A DNA stretch of 64,000 nucleotides from Psammoneis japonica (Eukaryota). Under the pieces are notes generated by a model. The model was not told the DNA's origin. It did not search any database and saw only the letters and a program-made list of their open reading frames with translations. Made by a program: the position numbers and the translations under genes. Of this stretch, positions 12,694-25,060 are shown one piece after another (position 1 is the first letter of the stretch; each line of letters opens with the position of its first letter). The stretch covers positions 124,001 through 188,000 of the forward strand of contig QPGO01000033.1 of NCBI GenBank assembly GCA_008632985.1, given 5' to 3'.

Positions 12694-13500
12694 TCACGAA
12701 CATGTTTCTGAATATTTTGCATCAACGTTAAGTGTCCTTTTTCTCGTCATTGTTGCCAGTGGGTTAGAGCTGACATTGTCGCCGTAGGATTTGCCTTGAT
12801 GTTCCCCTGGTGGATAGCGCAGTTTATCGAATTTGAACGATCCTCCTTCGTCAAGCACTTCTAGCTGCTCTTGATGCTTGATGCGATGCTGCTCACAAAC
12901 TGGAATGCGTGCCGGTCGAGCAAGCATTGTCTTCTCCACAAGTGCTTGCGTAAATTCTGCAGACTTTATTTCGTATTCGAGTGTGCGTTCCTCGATACGA
13001 TAATTGCTGCTGTGCGTGTGTGATGATCCGTCCCGCCGCAGTGTTAAAGTAACTTTACATGACACAGAAAGAATGAAAGACTGGGCAAGAGGCAAGGCCA
13101 CTTCCCATGAAGCCAACACACAAAAATGCTAGTTGATCTGTGTGAAAAGAAGTAGACTGAAACCTGAGCGAGTCGGAGGGCAAAGCGAATGCATGCCTTT
13201 ATGAAGCTTCGAAGTACAACATGAGCATTCTTAGTGCCTGTCCCCGCCATCAGAGACCATGCCATCATGACGGTCATAAGCGCAAGAAGTGAAGTGATTG
13301 TTCCAAGGCAGAGAAACAGACCTGCCCAAAATGCAACACTTTGCCAATCCTTTTCTCCCAATGCAATGCGCACATTGTCGATTGGTTCTGATGGCGAGAA
13401 CAATGCGACGAGCCGTGAACCAATCATGAGCGTACACATGGTTGTGAGGGATGCAAAGCATTGTGTAAGAAGCCTTTAGAGCTTTTGTGCATCTCACTTG
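12694..13500 (-). pseudogene. Disrupted multi-TM hypothetical host gene at the edge of the hypermutated block
   Basis: Overlapping ORFs 13044-13439 (FWAGLFLCLGTITSLLALMTV) and 12694-13119; TpA content falls progressively towards 13.5 kb. Confidence 0.45.
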
Positions 13501-13725
13501 CCCCAGCTCAAATGCTGGTGCCAAGAGTCAGACTGATCAACGTGCACTGAAAGATCCATCACTTGTTTGGCCATGGGAAACAAATGAGCACACCGATGCC
13601 GCACTTTTCCGGTGTTGTTCTCACTTTGTTGATGCATTTTTGGTTCACACCTTTCATGCAGCTTCTCATGTGGCTAAGTGTTCCAGGTTGGTGGGAGTTT
13701 GAAGCTGACATGCCAATGACATCTG

Positions 13726-14400
13726 ATGTTTGACATCGAGACGGACGAAGATGCCAGGAATGTCACGGGCTTGCTGGAAGCATTGCCCGAGACAGCTCGT
13801 GTTGTTGCAGGTGGTTTCACTTTGTTGCACTGTGCTTGTTGCAACCACTTCTTGAGCCTGGAGATGATTCAATTTTTGGTGAATCTCTTTCCACATGCAC
13901 TGCAATGTAAAAATGGAAGCAAGGCGCCCCCTTTGCTTTTGGCATTCAACAACAGCTCAATCTCCCTGGATGTTGTTCAGTTCATGGTTGAGAAATGCCC
14001 ACAGGCACTGCTGTAGAAGAAAAGGCTGGAGGTTCCGGCAAATCCATTGAAAGTGCTGAATTTTGCCATGCACTTGGTGAATCAGCACCCAAATGCACTG
14101 AGTCATGGAGACAACCTGGGGTTGACTTGCCGTTGCATTGTGTTTGTGGAGATGAATCCACTTCCCTGCAGGTCATCGCCATTTGTTGGATTGGCACCCC
14201 AGTGTGTTGAAACAGAAAAATGACCACACAGGATGCTGCCTTGTCATCCTCTTTGTGTTCAGTCCTGGAAGGACATTGAGCACCATGCAAACATCCTCTG
14301 CCACCTCCTCCATCCATCCCTTTCTAGGTTTTTCCAACTGTGCAGTCTTTGGAGCCCAAAAACAGTCCATGAGACTGACCATGGGAGCTTGCATGATGCA
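13726..14400 (+). pseudogene. Decayed ankyrin-like (LPLH-repeat) gene
   Basis: TLLHCACCNH.LSLEMIQFLVNLFPHAL, SLDVVQFMVEKCPQAL, DLPLHCVC..SLQVI; contains stops and frameshifts. Confidence 0.6.
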
Positions 14401-17400
14401 CCCCTGGTCCCAAACTTTCTGTGCCCCATCTGTCATGCATTGAATTTCAAAGGTTGATCCTTGAATCCATTGTCATCTGCAGTGTTGCAGAAGCACCCCT
14501 TCTTTGAACATGGGTGCACCGTCACATGCCACTGGCCACTGCTTGGGAGAGAGCCAAAGCCAAAAAGAAGTGAGGGCCCTTGTCGCAGCCCTGCCAAAAG
14601 CTGTTGAGCACTTGGGCCAGGGTTTCAGAGCCAAGATTGCATCAAGCGGCAAGGAAGAAAGAGGAGGCTGATCATGCAACCCCTGAAGATGCCCACTTGC
14701 ATCCCTGCACTGTCAACAACAGAGCCGGCACAAGGCTTCAACCCAGGCCCCGCTGTTCTCCTGATGCAGGTGGTGGCAAAATGATTGTGCAGTCCGTCAA
14801 CACACCACACCAATTGAGAGCAAGGGTGCACAGGAGCCATGGTGCCCACATTGATGCAATCTGCTTGTCATGCAACCTGAGGGGGTGGGCAGCCCAGGCC
14901 ACCATCACCAATGGCCACATCAGACACAATCAACAAAAGATCAATCCAACAAGAGCAGGGAAGGCACCATTGCTGAGCAGGCAACCACACAGCTGTTGCC
15001 AATGAAAGAACCCAAGACAAGCTGGTGCTGGAGCTCAATGCATGTCACCAGGAGTTGCACGTTTCAGCACCTGCTTCCAAAGAAGTTGCCTGGGTGACAA
15101 GAAACACCTCCACAGGGACAGTCAGAATGTTGAGAAAGACAAGGGGAGCTGTGTGCCCCACCCAACCTGTCCACAGCCTTGTCAACCAGTCCATTAGAGG
15201 AGAAATGCAATGGAAACCCCATGCCAGCACCAAAACCTCATCTGGGGCAAAACTGTTGTGTGAAGAAGTGCAAGCCACAGGGGATTGGTGGGTGTGTTGG
15301 GAATGCCACAGGATGGAACAAGCTTCCCAGGTGCAACAGGTCCTCCTCCAAAGAAGACTTGGGTTGCCAGAGCTGTCAGGAGATGAAGCAGGATCTGGCC
15401 CTCTCTCATGTCATTTCTTGTTCTCCAGGGGCTTCAACTGTTTTGTAACATCCTTGAGAGTTCATTGTGCAACTGTTGATCTCAACATGTTCTGAGTGGT
15501 CCCCACAAGCCTGAGCAGACTTTGCTTCCATGCTGGCACATTCTCTGCCTTCTCTGCAAGAGCCCCAACCATTCCTTGGAGCTCCATCACTGCCTCAAAG
15601 CCTGAGCTTGTTGCCCTGAGCTTGATGCACTTAAAGGAGCCACAGAGGGGGGGGGGGGGGGGGGGGGGNAACCCCAATGCTGTGCGCTGCTTGGCATCAC
15701 ATCCTGGGTTTTGAAGACTGGTGCCCACAAAACATGTGACTGTGCATGCTTGATCTGGGTTGCCTCCCACTGTGGAAGTGAACACACCCAACTGAACTTT
15801 CTCAGGGTCTTCAAAGATCCCATGAACCAACCTGGCAGTGATGGACCAGGCTTGCTTTTCCAAGAACTTGCCAAGCTTTGTGAGTGCAACATCAGCAAGG
15901 ATTTTGATCTCAGCACTTGCAGTCCTCCCATCTGAGATGGCAGTGCTTCTTGGCGCCAGCATTGTCAGAGGTCCAATGGGACTGTTCATGGGTGGGCACC
16001 TTGTCCAAATGGGATGGGTGGAGCCCAAATGCCTGTGCAGACTTGGTTGAGCCCAAGTCTGGAAGCTGGGACATTCTGTGCTGAAAGCCCGCCAAGATCC
16101 TGGCATTTTTGTCATTTGCTTCACCCAGCCAGAAAGAAAATGATGGAGGGCTGAACAAAGCTTGGCTCCCATGATGCCATCTGAGAGCAGGTTGACATCA
16201 GCAAGGCAACTGCAGGTGCAAGGGACAAGAAGTGCTGTGCCATCCGCGATGCCTTGCGCTCACCTGAGCAAGACCCCACTGCCCCCAAAACCTTGATCAA
16301 CAACTTGTCAGATTTAGCTTGAAGCTCACTTTTGTGCTGTGGTCCAGTGGTGTGAGGCAAGCATCAACTGAATGAGAGTGCAAAGGAGCTGATCCCAGTG
16401 CTGCTGCCTGCACATCAACACTAGATTCTCACACTTCAAGAGACAGCACCTTGTTGGGCAGTTGACTGTTGACTGCTCTCACAAAGCACTCCACTCTTGA
16501 GGGAGTCCATGTCTGACAAGTGAGAGGCAGCAGCACTCTGTCTTTAACCCTTGCCAGGAGGGTCTCACACACAGCTGCTTCCTTGCATTCCATCAAGGAA
16601 GCTCTGAACTCATCCTCTTGGTGGGGCAGCCCTCTCCTTGCTGTTTTTTTTTCAGGACTGGGAATTTCTGGCACCACCCCAATCTACCAGAATTTCAGCA
16701 GTGGACTCTCACTTGACTGCAACACACATTGACAGAAAACCACCATCCAGAGTTGGTTGACAGAGAAGCCCACATCCAGTGTTTTGAGGATGGCCACCAA
16801 CCACTGTTCAAAAGGTTGGAGTCCCCCACCCCCGCCCTTGTGCTTCACAGTGCACACTCACCTGCCTTCTTGACACAAAATGCAGCATGCCACATTGGCC
16901 CCTTCTGGCCAAACGATGTGACAACAAGGCAGAGGAGATGAAGGAGACACACCTTCCTCCTCCTGCCTGGCTGCAGCCCCCCCCCCCCCCCAAATGCTCC
17001 TGCTCCACCAGATCCAAAAAATGTGTCCCACACATGCAGGGTGGTCTTGGCCATGCTGGCCACATGATGACTGACACACCACTGCAAGTTCACCAATGGC
17101 TGGTTGCAAACAAGTGACCATGCCCTGTTTCACCTGCTTGATGTCTGCTGGGAGATCACCAAAGCCAGAAAGACTGCCACCAACACTTGAGCCCTGAACC
17201 CAGGGTGTTTCTGCTGTGACAACCCCCTGAAGATCCATCCTGGGAGGGTGGAGGAGAGGAAGATGGTGAGGAACCCAATGAGAGCAGCAGAGAAACCACA
17301 TTGGACCCAAGTTGATGAGCACATCATTGTTGAGACCAGAAGTGAAGCAATGAGACACAATGACAAGAGAAGCAAAAAAAGAGGTCCTTTTCCAAAAAGC

Positions 17401-17633
17401 TTCAGTGTGATCCAGTCACAGTGAACAGTGTTGTTCCTGTTCCAGCAAAGCTGAAAAAGTGAGAAGAGAAAAATTGAACCATGTTTTGACAGGTCACAGA
17501 AGACTGAAGACCCTGACGGGTCAGCTTGATTTGTGTTTGGATGTTGAGGTTGCTGCTGTGGTGATGTGAGGGGTGGGGTTGAGGCAAGGCAGTCATGCGC
17601 TCTGGAGAGCAGCATGCATTGCACCCACTCCTC

Positions 17634-17825
17634 TGTTTGAGTCTGTCCATCATTGGATGGATGCAGTGGCTGACGCGTTTTTTGGTTTGCTTTCCAGAAA
17701 CTAAGAGACTTTGGAATGATGTCTGTGACATTCTGAAGATGTCAGTGGAAGACCAAGAGATCTGCTTGAGGATCCTCTCACAATCTGAATGGATCACATT
17801 TTGTTGTTTTGTTTTGTTCTTGTCA
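17634..17825 (+). repeat. 5' LTR (internally deleted relative to the 3' LTR; 3' end approximate)
   Basis: Aligns with 24607-24865; begins TG and ends CA. Confidence 0.85.
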
Positions 17826-17842
17826 AGTCACTTTTGGCACTT

Positions 17843-17852
17843 CATCAGAGCC
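17843..17852 (+). promoter_or_regulatory. Primer-binding-site remnant (tRNA-iMet type)
   Basis: CATCAGAGCC just downstream of the 5' LTR; canonical (TGG)TATCAGAGCC with a TA->CA change. Confidence 0.55.
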
Positions 17853-17873
17853 ATCCTCCAGCTGTCTGAGACT

Positions 17874-20800
17874 GTGGCATTCACTGCAGCACAAACCACC
17901 TCTTTTTTGAGGACAACAACCAGATGGGTTTGCCCTGTGCAACACGTGAGCAGTTGGCAGTTGAAGGATTGGAACAGGTGAACAACCTCGCCGATTTCAA
18001 CAAAGATGGTCTCAACCAAGTCTCACAGAACCCCAAGCATCTGGGAGGCACTGTTCCAGATCCCAACCCTGGTGCAGCTGCTGGAGCTGTCATTTTGACA
18101 CCAGCATTTGTCACAGGTGCCAAGAGCATGATGCATCTCAAGGTCACCAGGCAAGCAGTGCAATTCTACGAGAGTGTTGGTTGTGAACTGTTGGCTGCTG
18201 ACATGCACTGGAGCCCAGTCCTCAGGAACTTTCAAGAAGCTTGGAAGGCACCGAAGGGCAGGAAGGACAAGGATGACCCCAAAGTTCCAAGGATCTCCAA
18301 GTCACTTCCTGTTGTGAAGTGGACCAAGGCTTTTTGTGACCACCTGCAGCATGCAATCGGAACTTGGGTTGTTTGACTTTCATGCGTCACTTGGGAGATG
18401 GTTGATGTTGATGCGGCAGCTCCTGCACCGGACACAAGTAAACCCCACTTGGATGAACATGGTTCACTCAAAGACAAGCTTGTGGCTTGAGCCAGTCATG
18501 CTCATCCTTCATTTTGAGAGGACAATTCTGCACGGTGGACTGTTCTTTTTGGAGGAAGCAACCTCTGGAACCTCACACACAGCTTCAATCAAGCCATTCC
18601 AGTGTGGGAAGGATGGAAGGGGTGCATGGATTGCACTGACATCACAGTGTGCTGGAGAGGACAAATGGGTGGCTGAACTCAAGAAACAGGAGGAGTTCAT
18701 CCACAATCGGAAGTGGAAAGCTCAGTCCAATTTTTCCCTTGATCGATTTGTTTCTCAGCATTGCAACAACTTCATCTCCATGCAACAGTGTGCTGAATGT
18801 GTCACCTTCCAACTGCCCAATGAATGCACAAGGGTCACACACCTGTTGGATGCAATCAAGACCTCCGATGCTCCACTGCAGGCTGCCATGGCCCTGGTTT
18901 GCAACAACATGGGACAGAATGGCAAATGAAGTGATTTTGAAGCTGCTGTGGCCCACATCTCACCATGCAATCCTGTGGCAAAGAAGCAAGCTGCAAAATG
19001 TCCACACACTGAGGTGTCTGGCATTGACTCCAGCAACATCAAGTCAGGTGTTGGAAGACTGGTGTGGAGCTTTGACACCACACCCATGCCAAGTGTTGCA
19101 AGTTAGAGGCTGAACAGAAAGCTGAACTGAAGGAGTGGCAATCAGCACGGAGGGATCTTCTGCTGCAAAGAAAAGGGATGGAAAACCTGAGTCACCTGCC
19201 AATGGTTCACAGAAGAAGATCAAGAAGATGATGTTGGAAGCTGTGGCCTCCAAGCCAGCTTTCAGGAAAAGGCTGAAATTGAGTCCAAAGATGTCAAAGC
19301 AGGTGCCCACTTGCTCTCCCTTGTTCAGGCGGCATCGTGCACACAGACTCCAGCTCCTCCTCTTCCCTGCCCCCATCCACCACCACCTGTGGCTACAACG
19401 GCTCCAGCTCAGGCCACGTCAGTTCAGTTCAAGCCACCCTTGGTTTTGTTGCAGTCAATCTTGCGGCATGCCAGGACCAAGAAATGAAACGTTGGGATGG
19501 TGCTGCATTTCAATGTCTCTCCACTTGAGGGGAGAAAATGTGCCATCTGTGTCATGGAATTGCAGTTGTTGATTCCCAATTGTTCTGTTCTTAGATTTGT
19601 TGATCACCATGCAATCTCTGATGTCACTTCAGAAACAATCAAAGAGACTCAAGACAAAAGTGGGCATGCACCAAATTGGACTCCCACGCCAACATGGTTG
19701 TTGTTGGAAGAAGCTTGCACACGTCCCAAATGACACCGGTCGCACCACTCAAGTCAGTCCCTTCAATCCTGAGTGTGAACTGATGAAGGACATCAGAGTT
19801 GTTGATGCCCTGCTGGCGTGTGGCTGCCTGTGCTCTCTGAAAACACATTTGCTGGTCTTGCACAACACTCTTCATGTTCCAGCAATGGACCACAACCTGC
19901 TTCCACCCTTTGTGCTGCACCAGGCAGGGGCAATTGTCAACAATGTTCCCAAGATGCAGACAAGGGGGAGGGAGCCTGTGGAAGATGACCATGCTCTTGC
20001 ATTCCCAGAGACAAAGACAAGGATCCCATTGTCACTCTGGGGTGTGTTTTTGCACTTTCCAACCAGATGTCCTGCGATTTAGGAGATGCAAGATGCTGAT
20101 GACGTCCTGGCTCTCACTCTGTCAGGACACTCCTGGAACCCTCACTCAGATTCCCATGCTTGCAATGAAGAGAGCATGTTGGGTTGGGCAGGAAACATGT
20201 TGGACAAACAAGACTGAATCAGGATTTTGGTCAAAGACCCACCTGATGAAGATGAGGGTCTCCAACTGTCCTCTGTGGTGTCAAGTGTTGAGTGATCATC
20301 GACTCCAAATTGCTCCTTGTTGATCACTTTGAGGCTCGTGACGACTTGAGTGGATGCACAGGTGTCATCCGGGAAGCTGACAATTCCCGTGCGGTCATGT
20401 GTGACATTTTGGCCACTCTTGACCCTGTCTCACTTGCTGAAGACTTGCAAGATCAATGTGACATTGGGGTTTTTGCAGCCTTGGCAGGATCTACAAGGAT
20501 GTTGATTTTGACATTTTTGAGGATGTTCAACTTGAAGACATTGTTGAAGATCTCATGGAGCATTTTGAATCTAGTCCTGAGATCCAAGTTGGGGGAACGA
20601 CTGCACCCAGATTGAAAGGTGCATCTCCAGAACACTTGTCCAAGATCTGGAGGATCAGCACCAAGGATGCAAAACTGACCATTGGCAACACCACCCAACT
20701 TCTTCGATGCTCTCACAATCCTGCTCTCTCAAGGAACTGTTCCACGAATGACAGAATGCTGCAGTGCCGTCAAACTGCCCAGCAGTTCTTTGTGGATGCG

Positions 20801-23800
20801 TTCTCTGCAAGCAAGAAGGCTGGCAAGTCAACCAGAGGGTGTTTCTGCATGCAACTGTTTGTCGCTGACAAAGGATTCATGCATGTGGTGCCAATGCGTG
20901 CCCGCTCTGAGATTCCACAGGCACTCAAGATGTCTGCCAAGGAAGTGGGTGCACCGGATGCGCTCATCTGTGACAGAGATTTGGCACAGAAGTCTGATGA
21001 GATTTGCCAATTTCTTTGTTCTATTGGTGCTGATCTTTGGTTGCTGGAAGAAGGCACACCATGGTCAAATTGTGCTGAACTCTACATTGGCTTGCTCTAG
21101 GAAGCAGTGCGGAAGGACATGAAAGAGTCCTCATGACCTTTGCCATTTTGGGATTGCTGCTTTGAACGATGGGCCCACATCAACAACTTGACAGCTCGAA
21201 ACCTGTTTCAACTTGAGGGGAGGAATCCACATTTCTCTGTGACAGGGGAGGAGGGTGACATCTCTGACCTTGCCCAGTTTGGATGGCATGAATGGTGTCA
21301 TTTTTGAGATCACACCAACCCTTTTCCATTTGATCATGAGGCCCCAGGACGTGTGCCAGGTCCTGCGAAAGGTGAAGGAAATTAAATGGCTCAATGGGTG
21401 CTGAAAGGGAACAGCAATGTTGTCCCACAACATCCAGTGCAACCTCTGTCCATTGCCAAGTTAAACAGCATCACAGAGAAAAGCAAGCGCAAGATTTTTG
21501 ACCAATGCATTGAATCGCACTGGGGCTCTGCTGCTTGCCAGGTGTCCTCCACCGGCAAACAATTCATTCCGCATGAAGACAAAGATGAAAAGCCAAGAGA
21601 CCTCCCTGATTTTGATGACCCAGCCAATGCCTCTGGGAATGCCATTGACCCAACACCACTGTGCGACAAGCCAGTTCACTCTGAAGTCGCCTTGCCCGAA
21701 GGTGACAAGATGCAACAAGCTGAAGTTGTTGGTCATGTTGTGGATCCTGATGGTCAGTTGGTCGGCACATGCAATGACAAGCTGATCAAGAATGCCTTGG
21801 TCTGTGAAGTCGAGTTTCCTGACAGGGAGGTGAAAGAATGCGCTGCCAATGTCACCGCGGAGAACTTGCTCTCTGAAGTTGACTCTGAAGGCCACACTCT
21901 CAACATTTTTGACAGCACACTTGATTTTGCCAAAGACCACACTGTGGTGACCAAGGACAACATGTGTGCCAAAGTTGGCAAACACAAACAACTGGGCAAG
22001 ATGACATGCGGTTGGAAATTCCTCATGTTGTGGAAGGATGGGACCGAGTCTTGGGTTTCACTCAAGGACATGAAGGAATCACATCCAGTGGAGACTGCAG
22101 AATTTGCAAAGGCCAGAGATGTTGATGATGAACCAGCTTTCCAATGGTGGATGCCATGCACTCTTCACAAGCAAGGTGTCATTGTGTTGGCAGCCAAGGC
22201 ACGTGTGAGACGTGTGACACACAAATGTGGTGTCAAACTCCCCAACACTGTGGAGGAGGCACTTGAACTTGATTGTCAGAATGGCAACAAACTGTGGGCA
22301 CTGGCAATTGAGAAGGAGATGCATGATGCGGGTGTGGCATTTGAGATCTTGGGCAATGACGCTGCAACTCCTGTCAGCTGGTCCAAGCAATCAGGTCACT
22401 TGGCATTTGATGTCAAGATGACCTTGGCCAGGAAGGCTCGATGGGTCCCAGATGGACACAAGACTTCCAAACCTGAAGGCTTGAGACGCTCGCTGGAGTT
22501 GTGTCAAGGGAAAGTGTGCAAGTCACTCTGACTTGCGCTGCTTTGAATGACATTGACATCATGGCAGCTGACATTCAGAATGCATGCTTGCAGGCTCCTT
22601 CATCCCAGAAGCACTGCGTCACATGTGGCCCAGAATTTGGACTCAAAAATGTGGGCAAACATGCTCTTGTTTGCCGTGCTCTGCATGGTGGCAAGTCAGT
22701 GGGACAAGACTTTTGGAACCACCTGCATGCTTGCATGTCTCACCTTGGGTTCAAACCTTGCAAGGCTGATCCTGATGTGTGGATGCGTGAGGCGCTCAAG
22801 GCTGATGGCACTGAGCACTGGGAGAGCATGTGTTCTTCTTCACACAGATGATGTGCTGTGCATTTCAAACAATGCTGAAGAGATTCCACAGAAGGAAATT
22901 GGCACAAGTGCTTCCCATTGAAGGAACCATCAATCAGACCACCAAGTCTGCACCTTGGCAGACACCTGCAAAAGGTGGAGCTTGAGAATGGTGCCAAGGC
23001 ATGGGCACCCAGCTCCTCGCAGCACACCCAAGCATTGGTTGAGAATGTCGAAACCCATCTGGATTCAAAGGGCGTGAAACTCCCAACCTGGGCCCCCGCT
23101 CCACTTGGCAACTCTTGTCATCCAGAGCTTGACATGAGCAGAGAACTGTCCTTGACTGATGCTGCTCATTGTCAGTCACTTGTTGGTGTGTTGCATTGGA
23201 TGGTTGAGCTGGGGCGTGTCGACATTTGTCTGGAGGTGTCCATGATGTCATCGCGTTTGGCTTTGCCATGAGAGGGACATCTTGATCAGGCACACCATGT
23301 CTTTGCACACCTCAAGAAGCACCACAACACCAAGATGGTGTTTGATCCCACCTGCCCCACCATCAATGAAGCGCTGTTTGCATGACAAGACTGGATGACT
23401 TCTGAGTTCAGTCTTGCAACCACGGAGGAGATGTCTGCCGACATGCCTCAAGCTTGAGGTCTGGGTGTGATCCTTTGTGCCTTTGTCAATGTGGGCCATG
23501 CAGGTGACTCAATTGCTTGTCAGTCTCACACTGGCTTTCTCATTTGCCTGAATTCTGTGCCTGCTTGTTGGTTGTTCAAGAGGCAGACGAGAGCATTGAG
23601 ACAAGCTCAGTTGGGTCAGAGTTCACCAGCATGAAGCAGTGCACAGAGCACATTCATTGGCTTTGCTGCAAGTTGCAAATGATGGGGATCCCAGTCAATG
23701 GGCCAGCACATGTCTTTGGTGACAGCCAGTTGGTGCTGGCGAGCACCTCCATCCCTGACTCAACGTTGAAGAAGAAATGTCACAGCCTGGCTCACCACTT

Positions 23801-23900
23801 CGTGCACGAAGGTGCGGCTCGAGACAAGTGGTGAACGGCACATGTCAACACACATTTGAACCCCAGCAATCTTCTCACCAAGGTGCTCCCATCAGGGGAG
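17874..23900 (+). pseudogene. Decayed gag-pol of the copia element
   Basis: Fragments 17924-18929 (gag), 19597-20082 (PR), 20555-21100 (IN), 21386-23271 (linker/RT), 23517-23834 (RH); many TGA stops and frameshifts. Confidence 0.9.
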
Positions 23901-24127
23901 AAGCGCAATCGGTTTGTTTGAATGACCCTGCACTGTCTTGGAGGGAAGGTGGAGCAGGCCATCTTGTTGAACCAGCCACCTGCCTGCGCGGAGGGTTTTG
24001 TTTGGAGCTCCCTGTCGACGGAGTGGGTTTTTGTCTGGAGTTCCCCACTTGATGGGTGTTTGTCAGAAATTTGCCATTGCATGATGACGACTTGTCCCTT
24101 TGCATGCAATCTAGCTTGTTGACTTGT

Positions 24128-24575
24128 GCAGCATGCATGCAGACAAAAGGTCATTTTTGTCACGCCCTTTGTGACATTTAAAGGCTGTGACACGTCGCCG
24201 TGATGCATTGGCTCTCATTGGCAGCTGCACATTGCACTCCTCCCCATGTGTCACGCGTCCATGCGGCTCTTTGCCAACGTGTGCTGACACTGCACGGTTT
24301 TGGCGGAACAGTGTGGGTACGTGCGAAGGAACACACAGAACTGCACAGAGTTTTGCGCGTTCGACAGTGATCAACGTTGCTGCAGACAACTCCCACTCAG
24401 GGTTTCGAACCCCTGGCCTCCTGCCTGATGGTTGCGATGAACCACTCCGCTGTGAATTCACAACGCAGCATGCATGCAGACAAAAGGTCATTTTTGTCAC
24501 GCCCTTTGTGACATTTAAAGGCTGCAACACGTCGCCGTGATGCATTGACTCTCATCAGCAGCTGTGCATTGCACT
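24128..24575. repeat. Two 111-bp direct repeats (24128-24238 and 24465-24575) flanking a ~225-bp core
   Basis: Near-identical copies starting GCAGCATGCATGCAGACAAAAGG; four differing sites, three of them TG<->CA. Confidence 0.92.
24391..24460 (-). ncRNA. tRNA-derived Pol III head (SINE-like or tRNA pseudogene)
   Basis: Minus strand: A box CAGCGGAGTGG (24452-24442; consensus TRGCNNAGYGG with T->C) and perfect B box GGTTCGAAACC (24411-24401) inside a CAGGG/CCCTG stem; 30-nt spacer. Confidence 0.65.
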
Positions 24576-24598
24576 TGACCAATTCTCTAGAGCAGATT

Positions 24599-24606
24599 GA
24601 GGGGAG
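24599..24606 (+). promoter_or_regulatory. Polypurine tract
   Basis: GAGGGGAG immediately before the TG of the 3' LTR. Confidence 0.8.
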
Positions 24607-24865
24607 TGTTTGAGTCTGTCCGTTGTCGGATGGACACACAGTGGCTGACGTGTTTTTTGGCTCGCTTTCATTCCAGCAGAAAACTGCTGTGTGTGCTCCA
24701 GAGAGCAGCAGCAGAGTCTGCCGTCACTTGCCAATGCTGTAAATAAGACTTTGGAATGATGTCTACGACACTCTGAAGACATTGGCAGAAGACCAAGAGA
24801 TCCACTCCAGGATCCTCTCACAATCTGAACAGATCACGCTTTGTCATTGTTTTGCTCTTTTAGCA
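24607..24865 (+). repeat. 3' LTR (3' end approximate)
   Basis: Follows the PPT; aligns with the 5' LTR. Confidence 0.85.
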
Positions 24866-25060
24866 CCTCCAAACAAAGATTCTGTGGGTCCATGCTCATT
24901 GGGCGGTCTTGCTTCAAGCAAACCGGTGAGAAAGCAAAGCGAGCAAAGACAACATCACATTTTACTCTTTTTGCTTGATCTCCTGCCGGCACCCATCGCA
25001 ACTCAATGAGCCATCTGAAACGCTGCTCGCAGACCAGTCTGCTGAAAACTGGGGCCTGCA

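Larger units (their letters stand above)
17634..24865 (+). mobile_element. Ty1/copia (CoDi-type) LTR retrotransposon, full-length but decayed
   Basis: Paired LTRs starting TGTTTGAGTCTGTCC; PBS-like and PPT sites; domain order gag - protease (LDSHANM, ~19676) - integrase - RT (ADIQNA[C]L, AL[H]GGKS, LL[H]TDD) - RNase H (IETSSVGSEF, FGDSQ). Confidence 0.93.

Noticed and set aside
24391..24460. Functional tRNA gene
   Set aside because: No convincing acceptor or anticodon stems and a short A-B spacing; called tRNA-derived only.
17629..24870. 5-bp TSD of the copia element
   Set aside because: Only CCTC (4 bp) matches on both sides and the LTR 3' ends are uncertain.
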